Shown here one piece after another: positions 37,739 through 46,957 of a stretch of 64,000 bases of DNA. Both the position numbers and the translations under genes were made by a program. The DNA comes from Thainema sp. (lineage in GTDB: Bacteria; Cyanobacteriota; Cyanobacteriia; Phormidesmidales; Phormidesmidaceae), in NCBI GenBank assembly GCA_052168235.1, contig JBQLZK010000011.1, forward strand, positions 1 to 64,000, given 5' to 3'. The notes beneath the pieces are model-generated. The model saw only the letters and a list, made by a program, of their open reading frames with translations. It did not search any database and was not told where the DNA came from. Each line of letters starts with the position of its first letter. The first letter of the stretch is position 1.

Positions 37739-39835
37739 TTAAGCAATATCAGACAGCCGATATGCTCGCCGAATTTGCTGCTTTGGAATCCTTTCTGATT
37801 GCTTGCGATCGGTCACGTCGAGAATGGTGCCGAAAAAACTGTACGGCTGGCGTGCTGCTCCTTCCCCCTGAAACTGCACTAGGCCATTGGCTAATATCCA
37901 ATGCTCTGTACCATCAGCCCACACAATTCGACACTCTACAGCGTATTGGCCGGACGAGGCCGGATCGAGAGCCGATTGAATTGCGATCGCAACTTGCTCC
38001 CGGTCATCAGGGTGAATCCGCTCCATCATTGTAGACAGCGGCAGCGTCGTTGTCTCTGCTGACTCACCCCAAATCTCCCGCATCCGCTCATCCAGTACAA
38101 CCCATTCAGTGCGCGGATCGTACTGCCAGGTGCCCAGCTGGCCAACTTGGATGGCGAGTCGAGCCTGCGCTTCGCTGTGCTGCAAAGCTTCCTCAGCCCG
38201 TTTGCGATCGCTAATGTCAAACACCGTCCCCACCAGCCGATGGATTTGGCCACCCTGATCGCGAATCGGGGAGAGGGTGGTAATTGTCCAAACGTCGTGC
38301 TGATCTAGCGTAAAGCGTTCTTCGTAGGTAAGGCTGCTGCCCGCATCCACACACCGTTGGTAATTTTGACGAAAATCACCGCCAATGCTGTCGCCAAAGA
38401 CCGCTTCCGGAGTCTGGTTTTGAATCTCCTCCAGGCTTAAACCGGAGATTTCCAATGCTGCCCGATTAAAGTCTACATAGTGAAAATTCCCCGCTGCCGT
38501 CACATCAACGACAAAAATGGGTTGGGCTGCCCCATGATAAATGCTGCTTAAAAACGCCTCTCGCTGGTGTAGGGTTGCTGTCCGTTCAATCACCCGCTGC
38601 TCCAGTTCGTCACGCGCCGCTTGCAGCTGCTGCTCCATCCGTTTGCGATCGCGAATATCGCGCAGCAGCCATCGCAGCCCAGTCACCTGTTGCTGATCAT
38701 CCAGCATCAGAGTTACTGAAATCAAAACCGGAACGAAATCCTGCTGAGCCGCGTGAATCATGACCTCCCAGTTCTGGGGCCAGCGATGTTGCTTCAAATA
38801 GGCGCAAAAACTGCGGCGATCAGCGGGATGAATAAAATTCTCCAGCGGTCGGTTCGTTAGCTCACTGGCTGCCATCCCTAGCATCGTAACGGCAGCCTGA
38901 TTTGCCGCTTGAATCCTACCGCTGCGATCGGTCACTAAATAGCCGTCGGGCGCAAACTCAAATAGGTCTTGGTAGCGATGTCGCTCTTGTTCCAGCTCAC
39001 GGCGAGTCGCCTGCAATTCCTTATTTTGGACACGCAGTTGCTCGCTGGTCATTTGTAATTCTTCCAGCGTTTGGCGCAGTTGCTCATTCACTGACGTCAG
39101 CTCGGCTACCTGTGGCAGGCTGGGCTGCTTCTCGACTTGGTTGGCCAAATGATCCGAAAAGAGTGGATTAACGCGATATCCCACCCCATGCACCGTTTGA
39201 ATAAAGGCTTTGGGAGCACCCGCTGCTTTTAGCTTTTGCCTCAGTTCTTTAATGTGATAGCGCACAACCTCGTCGCCCGGTGCGTCCGCTGAATCCCACA
39301 CCCGGTCAATGATGTCCGCTGCACTCAGAGCCATTTGGGAGTTGCGCAGCAACAGCTCCAAAATGGCGTACTCCTTGGGTGTTGGAGATAGCAAATGAAC
39401 GCCATAGGTGACCCGCCGACTGCCGGGATCAACCGATAGTGCGCCCCAGGACAGTATCGGTTGGACATTCGCGCTATGCCGCCGCAGCAGTGCCTGTATC
39501 CGCGCCATCAGTTCTTCGGTATCAAAGGGCTTTGATACATAATCATCGGCTCCCACATTGAGCGCCGCCGCTTTTTGGGAGCTTTTGCAGTTTTGCCCGG
39601 TCAAAAGCAGGACAGGCATTTCCAGCCCTTGTTCGCGGAGTCTTTGACACAGGCTCAGGCCGTCCATTCCCGGCAGCGCAATATCCAATATCGCTAGGTC
39701 ATAGGCAAAGGCTTCTGACATTTGTAGTCCTGTTTCGGCATCTGCAGCGATGTCAACAGCATAGTGATAATGGGAGAGCAAATGCTGTAAAGATTGGGCG
39801 ACACCCAATTCATCTTCAACGACTAGAACTTTCAT
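37739..39835 (-). CDS. OmpR-type receiver + winged HTH + three PAS domains, probably truncated at the C-terminus
   Basis: MKVLVVED, ILDI, GADDYVSKP, TVHGVGY, PAS ends DIRDRK/DISDRK/DVTDRK; stops shortly after the last PAS. Confidence 0.82.
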   Translation of the reverse strand: MKVLVVEDELGVAQSLQHLLSHYHYAVDIAADAETGLQMSEAFAYDLAILDIALPGMDGLSLCQRLREQGLEMPVLLLTGQNCKSSQKAAALNVGADDYVSKPFDTEELMARIQALLRRHSANVQPILSWGALSVDPGSRRVTYGVHLLSPTPKEYAILELLLRNSQMALSAADIIDRVWDSADAPGDEVVRYHIKELRQKLKAAGAPKAFIQTVHGVGYRVNPLFSDHLANQVEKQPSLPQVAELTSVNEQLRQTLEELQMTSEQLRVQNKELQATRRELEQERHRYQDLFEFAPDGYLVTDRSGRIQAANQAAVTMLGMAASELTNRPLENFIHPADRRSFCAYLKQHRWPQNWEVMIHAAQQDFVPVLISVTLMLDDQQQVTGLRWLLRDIRDRKRMEQQLQAARDELEQRVIERTATLHQREAFLSSIYHGAAQPIFVVDVTAAGNFHYVDFNRAALEISGLSLEEIQNQTPEAVFGDSIGGDFRQNYQRCVDAGSSLTYEERFTLDQHDVWTITTLSPIRDQGGQIHRLVGTVFDISDRKRAEEALQHSEAQARLAIQVGQLGTWQYDPRTEWVVLDERMREIWGESAETTTLPLSTMMERIHPDDREQVAIAIQSALDPASSGQYAVECRIVWADGTEHWILANGLVQFQGEGAARQPYSFFGTILDVTDRKQSERIPKQQIRRAYRLSDIA

Positions 39836-40350
39836 GGTTTGTTCAGCACATCGGCGTATAGCGTTGCTTCCGATACTGTAATTTCGACTAGAAGCTTGAC
39901 TGGCAAATAGTCGAAATAAAAAATGTGCGATCGCACAGTCTGAATATCCTCATATCTTGCACTTAAACCCAGAAGAATTAATTGTGCGACTAATTGCAGC
40001 AGCACGACAGCTTTGAGTTTTTACTTAGAAAAATGCAGGATACAAGTTACTATCATTTCAACCCTATTTAGGTAATAGTATTCAGGCCATGATGGAGAGA
40101 AACTACAGCAATCAGGACTCATCAATCACCATAAATAGAGCTTCGCATTAGCAAAGATCTATTCAACATAGGCAACTTCAGTATTTTTTAGACGCTCAAC
40201 TAAACCAAATCAACAAGATTGAACCTGCCCTACCCAAAAATCGGCAGGAATTTTGACTCACTCACATTTTCCAACAGCTTTTACTTCGTGAAACGGACAG
40301 GTAACCAATTGAAACAATCACCATGTTGCCGCCATGTCGCAACGGCAACA

Positions 40351-40449
40351 ATATTGTCCTAAGTACAGCAATCTTTAGAGCTGAGTTCTCAACGCACACT
40401 ACGGCAATGCCGTGTCCCTACGGATAGATCTGTACCTAGGACAAAATAT
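40351..40449. repeat. Small inverted-repeat-bounded element with REP half
   Basis: TTGTCCTAAGTACAG ... CTGTACCTAGGACAA enclosing ACGGCAATGCCGTGTCCCTAC. Confidence 0.55.
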
Positions 40450-40839
40450 AAACAAGCATAAATAATCTTCATTCAACTTTACACAAAGCAACCAAACCTA
40501 AAGGAATTGCATTGGCTCAATCAGTATTAGTGCCGCGAATTTTGGATCGTGAAAATCATCAAATTACGCCTAAAAAGGTGATTTATCGTCATTAGACAAT
40601 GGCATAACTCCTTTTTAGAGTTCGAGTATGAGATGCAAATCCAGCAGTTTAAGCATTTAGTGCTAGTCAAGAAATTTTAAATTTCCCTTAACTCACATCT
40701 TCCTCACACACAGATCCTTAAAGTTGTTTTCATAATTAAACCTTTCGCAAAACTGCTCCAAGAACCGCTCAAAAGAAAGGTGTCTAGTTGGCATCCTTCC
40801 TGACATTGCCCCCCTTATCAATATCAGTGGATTTTAACA

Positions 40840-41145
40840 ATGCGATCTAATACATATACAAATCGGTACGCCCAAAGCAGCGAAAACAAAGTGATGAACC
40901 CTGATCAATTTGAACGGGTCATGACGGCTATTGTTGAGGGTCGATATTCGTGGGCTTGCGTTCTGATCCTCCAGTTTGCTGGATACAATCCTGCCCACTA
41001 TCTTCCTTATCGAACCTATAAAAGATTAATTAAAAGTAATCGTACAGCATCCAGGCCTGAGAACACTGTGACAAAGACCATTTCTAGCAATCGGATGGAC
41101 TTGAACACATCATCTCCTAACTTGAGCCAAGCTCCCATCTCATAG
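40840..41145 (+). CDS. HetP-family protein
   Basis: QFERVMTAIVEGRYSWACVLILQFAGYNPAHYLPYRTYKRL. Confidence 0.85.
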   Translation: MRSNTYTNRYAQSSENKVMNPDQFERVMTAIVEGRYSWACVLILQFAGYNPAHYLPYRTYKRLIKSNRTASRPENTVTKTISSNRMDLNTSSPNLSQAPIS

Positions 41146-41186
41146 GTACAGGTTTTACATAAGTAGCTGCATAAAAGTAAATGTAT

Positions 41187-41238
41187 ATCTAAAACCCGAG
41201 GAACCACCTCGGAGGGGTACTCCCCCGGGTTTTTAGAT
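41187..41238. terminator. Possible bidirectional terminator hairpin between convergent genes
   Basis: ATCTAAAACCCG ... CGGGTTTTTAGAT. Confidence 0.4.
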
Positions 41239-41295
41239 GCATTTATTTATACCAACCCACTTAATACCCACAACCTGCATCAAGAATAGAATGAT

Positions 41296-41346
41296 GGATG
41301 AGTTAACGTTGGATAAGTTAACGATGAATAAGTTAACGATGAATAA
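41296..41346. repeat. 15-bp tandem repeat x3.4 across the ydcF-like stop codon
   Basis: GGATGAGTTAACGTT GGATAAGTTAACGAT GAATAAGTTAACGAT GAATAA. Confidence 0.8.
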
Positions 41347-41977
41347 AATAATGAAAACTTGCGCCCGTGCGTCCCGTCAATAACCAAAATAGCGATCGCA
41401 AACAGTCCCGCACAGTTCTCAACGGAGACTCGTGGCGCGGAATCGGCGATGTAACCACAATCGGAGTCGCGGCAATGCCACGGCTCCCTAAAACGATGTA
41501 GGCAATTGCTAAGGCGCGGGTCATGTGATAGTCCGACGTAATCACATAAATATGCTGAATATGGCGCGTTCTAAAGTCCCGCACCGTACAGGTAAAGTTC
41601 GTCACGGTATCAATCGCGCAAAAGTCATAGTGGACTCGCTGAGCCTCAATTCCCGCCTGCTGAAAAATGAGTTGATTAGTGCGTTGGCCAGCCGGATTGC
41701 CTGAAACCCAAATTGGCAGGCTGGCATGGGTTTGAGCAACTTGAGCTGCAAAGCGAATCCGTTGCGTTTGCCCCTCCAACACCAATATCGCTTGTGGATG
41801 CGGCGCTTGATGTTGAGCAATTGCCAAACGCACAGGGATAATACTTCCCAATCCAATGCAAGCAATCAATCCAACTATCACCAGCTTTTGGCAGCGCTGA
41901 CGACGTTGATTATTCATCCTGCGACTCATTCTCCGACTCGTTCTGTGATTCATCTTGCGATTCATTTGGTGATTCAC
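41333..41977 (-). CDS. YdcF/DUF218 family protein
   Basis: PQAILVL, AIDTVTNFT, ITSDYHMTRA; true start uncertain (several ATGs in a repeat). Confidence 0.85.
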   Translation of the reverse strand: MNHQMNRKMNHRTSRRMSRRMNNQRRQRCQKLVIVGLIACIGLGSIIPVRLAIAQHQAPHPQAILVLEGQTQRIRFAAQVAQTHASLPIWVSGNPAGQRTNQLIFQQAGIEAQRVHYDFCAIDTVTNFTCTVRDFRTRHIQHIYVITSDYHMTRALAIAYIVLGSRGIAATPIVVTSPIPRHESPLRTVRDCLRSLFWLLTGRTGASFHYFIHR

Positions 41978-42716
41978 GTTGCGACATATTCATATATGCC
42001 AATAGTTCTACATTTAGCCATTCTTGAAACATCTCATCAATTAAGATATCTAACAGTTCAGGGGTTAGCTCTGGCGTGATCAGATCATCAATCAGCAGCA
42101 AGATAAAGCGATTATCAGCAAGTTGAATTGGCCCAACCACTTCGCCCACTTGAGCATTCGATAAATTAGAGGACACTTCAGGCAAAAGTTGCGATCGCAG
42201 TTGCTTACCGACAAACCCGCAAACGAGCCGCCGCGCTTCATCTACATCATAAATATGAGCCGCTTCAAAGAAACTCATTTCATCTTCTTCAATCTGATAG
42301 AAGATTTCACGGGCTAGGGTGGCATAGGGAACCACAATCTCGTAGAGCAAAAGTTGCTCAAAATCTGTATGGTTGTGTAAGAAACGCTCATAAATTCTAT
42401 CTGAAAACAAATGTCGAGCCAGTTTCTGGGCTAAGATTTTCTCTCGAATTCTTTGCTCCACTTGGCTCAAGGTCGTCATGTGTTCTGAAACCCAGGCCAA
42501 GAGCTGAGCGGGATGGTCAAATCGGTTGTCGTAGCGAATGGCCTCTAGCTCTGCCTGCACTTCGTCTGGCTCAACAGTAATCCCTTCTTGTGCAGCAGTT
42601 TGGTTAATAATTTTTTGGGCAAGAATCGCTTTGTAGATTTCCGGCATCTGCAGATCTCGACCGAGGAAATCTATGATTTCTTGATTCGTAACTGTTATGC
42701 CTGAAAAGCTTGTCAT
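41910..42716 (-). CDS. PpiC-like peptidylprolyl isomerase (type I secretion/bacteriocin cluster type)
   Basis: LAREIFYQIEEDEMSFFEAAHIYD, GEVVGPI, IDEMFQEWL. Confidence 0.82.
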   Translation of the reverse strand: MTSFSGITVTNQEIIDFLGRDLQMPEIYKAILAQKIINQTAAQEGITVEPDEVQAELEAIRYDNRFDHPAQLLAWVSEHMTTLSQVEQRIREKILAQKLARHLFSDRIYERFLHNHTDFEQLLLYEIVVPYATLAREIFYQIEEDEMSFFEAAHIYDVDEARRLVCGFVGKQLRSQLLPEVSSNLSNAQVGEVVGPIQLADNRFILLLIDDLITPELTPELLDILIDEMFQEWLNVELLAYMNMSQRESPNESQDESQNESENESQDE

Positions 42717-43038
42717 GGATAGCGATTCTCACCGTTAGGCTAACTCAACGCACATCAATAGAATTTCATGCAATCTTATCCTATGCAACGTTTTCTTTAA
42801 AGAAGCGATAAATCAAACATTGCATACATTTTCACCTTTAAGTCTTCAACTAGAATCTTACCAAGATTTGAGAATGAGCGATAGATTTAATCAACAGTCA
42901 AGTCTCAGCTTTAATCAATAGGGCTTCAACAACAGAAGCAGTCATGTTTCCGTACCTATTGACTGACCCAGGCACATTTTAGAACACGTTTTGGGAAAGG
43001 AATGTGTAATTAGCGTGTAAACAATCTGGACTATAGCG

Positions 43039-43917
43039 ATGAACTCAAACCATCATTTAAAGCAATCGAGTTCGAATCTTATATCGTTAATGTTAGACAG
43101 CTCAAATACTCAGGGGCGACTTACAGAAAGTAATCGAATGAATGTGTGGAAAAATCAATTTAACTTATCAGATAGCCAATCTTTCTGTACAGGAACTGAC
43201 TTACTGTCATACCATGTACCTAGACAGCCTGAGTTCGCTCCTGATTCGAGTGATCCGCCTCTCATCGATCCATCTGAACGTGGCCACCTTATTGTCAAAG
43301 GGCGAGTGCGGCTATTATGTAATAGCGACCAGCGAGAGCAGCCATACTCAGCAACTGTCCTCACGGCAGGAGATTTGATAGGGATTGATCACTGGTTTGG
43401 CTCAGCTCCATTGTCCTATCAGGCTGTCGCCGCAAGCGATTGTGAACTCACAGCGGTTTCTTACTCACAGCTAACCCATTTGATGGATCAATATCCGGCT
43501 CTACGGATTCATTGGCATCAGCAGATGCGGCGGCGCACCCAACGGATTTTTTTCAAGCGCTATACATCCCTACAGTCCCTGCCCACTAAGATACTCAACT
43601 GCCTACTGCTGCCCCGTCTTCAGGAAATCAGTCTGGCAGCGGGCAGCCTGTTGAGCAGCGCCCTGCTGCCAGATGAAGGCTACTTTTGGCTCCGATCCGG
43701 TGAGCTAAGCTGTCTGTCTGACCCTGAGCAAACGTTACCGATGGGCAGCGGGTGGACTGGATGGTGCGATCGCACTCGCTCTCTAGACGATTGGGTTGCC
43801 CGCACCCCCTCGCTGATTTACCATCTACAGGTTCAACCGTGGGAAACGGCTGAAATCCTGCCGATTTTAGAGAAATTGGCTTTAAGCGCTACAGATGGGA
43901 TTAATGCCGAATGCTGA
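43039..43917 (+). CDS. Cyclic-nucleotide-binding domain protein (like the N-terminus of peptidase-domain ABC exporters)
   Basis: LIVKGRVRLL, LTAGDLIG, YQAVAASDC, FFKRYTSLQSLP. Confidence 0.65.
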   Translation: MNSNHHLKQSSSNLISLMLDSSNTQGRLTESNRMNVWKNQFNLSDSQSFCTGTDLLSYHVPRQPEFAPDSSDPPLIDPSERGHLIVKGRVRLLCNSDQREQPYSATVLTAGDLIGIDHWFGSAPLSYQAVAASDCELTAVSYSQLTHLMDQYPALRIHWHQQMRRRTQRIFFKRYTSLQSLPTKILNCLLLPRLQEISLAAGSLLSSALLPDEGYFWLRSGELSCLSDPEQTLPMGSGWTGWCDRTRSLDDWVARTPSLIYHLQVQPWETAEILPILEKLALSATDGINAEC

Positions 43918-43928
43918 GCGCTGAGTGC

Positions 43929-43965
43929 CTCACTCCTCACTCCTCACTCCTCTCGCCTCACCTCC
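43929..43965. repeat. Heptamer tandem repeat (CTCACTC)n between convergent genes
   Basis: ctcactc ctcactc ctcactc ctctcgc ctcacctc. Confidence 0.7.
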
Positions 43966-43968
43966 TAA

Positions 43969-45390
43969 TCAACCCGCCAAATGCTGCTGAGCCACTGCAG
44001 CCAGGTGGGTTGCCCAAAAACGGGCTTTGGGAGCTGTCGCAGCTTCCACCATGACGCGCAGAACGGGTTCAGTACCGGATGGGCGAACCAAAATGCGGCC
44101 CTGCTGTCCCAGAGCGGACTGGGCTTGTTCAACAGCATGATGTAAAGGCGCGCATTGCTGCCAGGATTGCCGCCGTTGCCGATCCGTAATCACAATGTTG
44201 CGCTGCTCTTGGGGATAGGGAGAAAAACTTTGCTCGACTAAAGTAGCCAGAGCAGTGCCCGATTCTCGCACCAGATTCGCCAAATGAAGCGCTGTGGACA
44301 GCCCATCACCCGTCACCCCGTAGTGGCGGCAGAGAATATGACCCGACTGTTCACCGCCAATCATCGCTCCCAGTTCCTGCATTACGCGATGCACATGCTG
44401 ATCACCCACCGATGTCCGAATCAGCTGCCCCCCCTGACGCTGCCAAGCTTGTTCAAAGCTCAGATTAGACATCACCGTTGCAACAATCACGTTATTCGGC
44501 AGTCGCTCCCGCTGCTGTAGATGGCGACCCCAAAGATATAAGATATAGTCCCCATCGACCCGCTGCCCTCGGTGATCAACCGCCAAAACTCGATCGGCAT
44601 CACCATCAAAGGCAAACCCCAGATCCGCCTGGTTGTCTAAAACCGCCTGTTGCAGAGGCGCGAGATGAGTAGAGCCACAGTTGACGTTAATGCGATCGCC
44701 CCGAGGTTCACTGTGCAGACAAATCACCTCTGCTCCCAAGCCGCGAAACGCGTTTGGAGCGAGGAATACCGCTGCTCCCCAGGCTAGATCGAGGACAATT
44801 TTCATGCCCGTGAGTGGTTTGCTGTAACCACCGTGTAAGGGATGTAATAGGGTACTCAAATAGTCTGTCAGCAGTTCTGGACGATAAAAATGGCGACCCG
44901 GTCGAACAGAAGGCAGGGGGCAATCGTTAGTCAACTGACGAATCCCGGCTTCAATCTGCGCCTGCAATGATGCAGATAGCTTGATGCCATCCGCATCAAA
45001 CAATTTGATGCCATTATCCTCCGGCGGATTGTGGCTGGCGGAAATCATCACCCCGCCGATTGCAGCCGTCGTTTGGGTCAGATAGGCGACTGCCGGAGTC
45101 GGGCACAACCCCACATTCCAGACCTCTAGCCCAACCGTCGTCAAGCCAGCACTGACCGCTGCCGCTAACGCCGGACTTGAGCAGCGCGAGTCTTGCCCTA
45201 AGATCATCAACCCGCTTGTGGTTTTGGTCTGCTGCTGTAAGGTTATGCCAGCCCAAAAGCCAACCTGCTGAGCTAAGGTTAGGGTCAAGAATTCTCCGGT
45301 GCAGCCTCGAATCCCGTCGGTACCAAAGAGCGGCATGTCCGGCAGATCAGCGGTTGTGTCAGGAGCAATGGAGACAGTGGTTCTCATCAT
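43969..45390 (-). CDS. glmM: Phosphoglucosamine mutase
   Basis: [39 protein letters not shown]. Confidence 0.92.
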   Translation of the reverse strand: MMRTTVSIAPDTTADLPDMPLFGTDGIRGCTGEFLTLTLAQQVGFWAGITLQQQTKTTSGLMILGQDSRCSSPALAAAVSAGLTTVGLEVWNVGLCPTPAVAYLTQTTAAIGGVMISASHNPPEDNGIKLFDADGIKLSASLQAQIEAGIRQLTNDCPLPSVRPGRHFYRPELLTDYLSTLLHPLHGGYSKPLTGMKIVLDLAWGAAVFLAPNAFRGLGAEVICLHSEPRGDRINVNCGSTHLAPLQQAVLDNQADLGFAFDGDADRVLAVDHRGQRVDGDYILYLWGRHLQQRERLPNNVIVATVMSNLSFEQAWQRQGGQLIRTSVGDQHVHRVMQELGAMIGGEQSGHILCRHYGVTGDGLSTALHLANLVRESGTALATLVEQSFSPYPQEQRNIVITDRQRRQSWQQCAPLHHAVEQAQSALGQQGRILVRPSGTEPVLRVMVEAATAPKARFWATHLAAVAQQHLAG

Positions 45391-45487
45391 AGATATCCCA
45401 TGTTTAACGTGAGTTCGAAATGAAGAGATGCCCTGATAGGTTGTGGGGAAGTTATTGGCAAAAAGATAAGGAAAATAACAGCATCTG

Positions 45488-45515
45488 GTAGGGGCGAATG
45501 GCCATTCGCCCCTAC
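45488..45515. repeat. GTAG-type REP hairpin
   Basis: GTAGGGGCGAATGGCCATTCGCCCCTAC; related copies near 52352, 56495, 59457, 59520, 59568. Confidence 0.8.
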
Positions 45516-45708
45516 GGCATGGCCGTGCTTTTAAGCGTTAGCGGCAATAGCGGAGGTTTTCATCGCGACGCCAAACACCTAAGTCGGTAACCATCAACTT
45601 ACGTAGGAGGTATTAGCGCTAGTGCAAGTGACAAACCTTTATAAAGTGGTGCGTTACGGCTTTGCCTAACACACCCGACAGTATCGTTTATTTATGCCAG
45701 CCTACTAA

Positions 45709-46899
45709 TTAGAAAAGGCCAAAGAATGGTAGAAAGAGGCCCAAGGTACTTAAGATGCCATCGACAGAGTCGGAAAAGCGGGCATTACTGGAGGGCCTGA
45801 CGACAATCACATCATCAGGATACAGAATCGGATTCGTTTCCTCATTAATGCCTTGATTGAAGCTGACTGGAATTTCGCGCTGGGAAACGGTGCCATCCGG
45901 ATTAAGCCGCACCAGTTCAACGGTATTGGTGCGGGCACGGCTCGGATCGAAGCCACCAGCCGCTAATAATGCCTGATTGAGGGGAGTATTGGGCGGGACA
46001 TCAAGTGGCCCAGGCGTGTTAACTTCACCCACAACATTTACTCGAACCGTAGATGGAGAAAAGCTGGCCGAGGCGATTTGGCGGGCTTCATTGGGATTCA
46101 CCTGCGTCACGGTGGGCACCAAAATAGTATCGCCATCCCGCAACGTCAAATCTTGGCTCAAATCGCCAGAACTGAGCAGTTCCCATAAATCAACTTCAAT
46201 AGTTTCGGTGCGATCTCGACCGATTGCCCGTTCAACTGTAACCTGCCGCACGTCTGCCAGTTGAGTAATGCCTCCGGCTTGCTGGAGCACTTTAGTCAGC
46301 GTGGGCCAGCGTCGCTCAGCCTCGACATCGCTGCCGTTTTCGCCTGCAAAATCCACCTGATAGGAACCGGGCCGATTGACCGCACCAGCCACGCTCACCT
46401 GTAGCGGTCGTGGCGTAATCAAGCTAATGGTGATGACGGGATTTCTCAAATAGTGCGCATATGCGATCGCAATGGCATCGGCAGCTTCATCCAAGGTCAG
46501 CCCTGCCACATAGACGTTGCCAACCCATTCCAAACTAATGGAACCATCCACCAAGATCCGCTCGTTGCCGCTGTGTTCGGGGACATTAAAGATTTCAAGC
46601 TCGATTAGGTCACCTGCTCCCAGGATGTAGTCTTCGTCAATTGTATCCGCCAACGGGAAAGCGGCTTCGGACTGTTCAATAGCTGGGGTGGTTGCAGCAG
46701 TCGGGACGGCGGCAGAGGGTATTGCCGTCGGCACTGTTTCAATTGGCACTGTTTCAGTTGGCAATGTTCCGTTAGCAGACGTTTCCGATGGCGGTGTTTC
46801 CGCTAGGGTCGGTGCAGCAACGAGAGCGGCTAAGGCCAACGTCAGACCACTCTGACAAATCCAAACTAAGCTGCGAGACGGGTGAATCGAGATACGCAT
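45709..46899 (-). CDS. Polysaccharide export protein, Wza/SLBB family
   Basis: YILGAGDLI, DGSISL, GAVNRPG, LRDGDTILVP, GEVNTPG. Confidence 0.88.
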   Translation of the reverse strand: MRISIHPSRSLVWICQSGLTLALAALVAAPTLAETPPSETSANGTLPTETVPIETVPTAIPSAAVPTAATTPAIEQSEAAFPLADTIDEDYILGAGDLIELEIFNVPEHSGNERILVDGSISLEWVGNVYVAGLTLDEAADAIAIAYAHYLRNPVITISLITPRPLQVSVAGAVNRPGSYQVDFAGENGSDVEAERRWPTLTKVLQQAGGITQLADVRQVTVERAIGRDRTETIEVDLWELLSSGDLSQDLTLRDGDTILVPTVTQVNPNEARQIASASFSPSTVRVNVVGEVNTPGPLDVPPNTPLNQALLAAGGFDPSRARTNTVELVRLNPDGTVSQREIPVSFNQGINEETNPILYPDDVIVVRPSSNARFSDSVDGILSTLGLFLPFFGLF

Positions 46900-46917
46900 G
46901 GGACAACCTCGGAGATT

Positions 46918-46956
46918 AGGGGGTGGATGGGTGGGAGGGTAGATGGGTGGATGGGA
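46918..46956. repeat. Single (GGGTGGAT)n arm
   Basis: GGGGTGGATGGGTGGGAGGGTAGATGGGTGGATGGG. Confidence 0.75.
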
Positions 46957-46957
46957 A

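Noticed and set aside
40840..41145. HetP as evidence of heterocyst formation
   Set aside because: HetP-family genes also occur in non-heterocystous cyanobacteria, and no nif or other het genes are here.
41296..41346. 15-bp repeats as iterons or CRISPR
   Set aside because: Contiguous without spacers and best explained as duplication of the gene's 3' end; no rep gene nearby.
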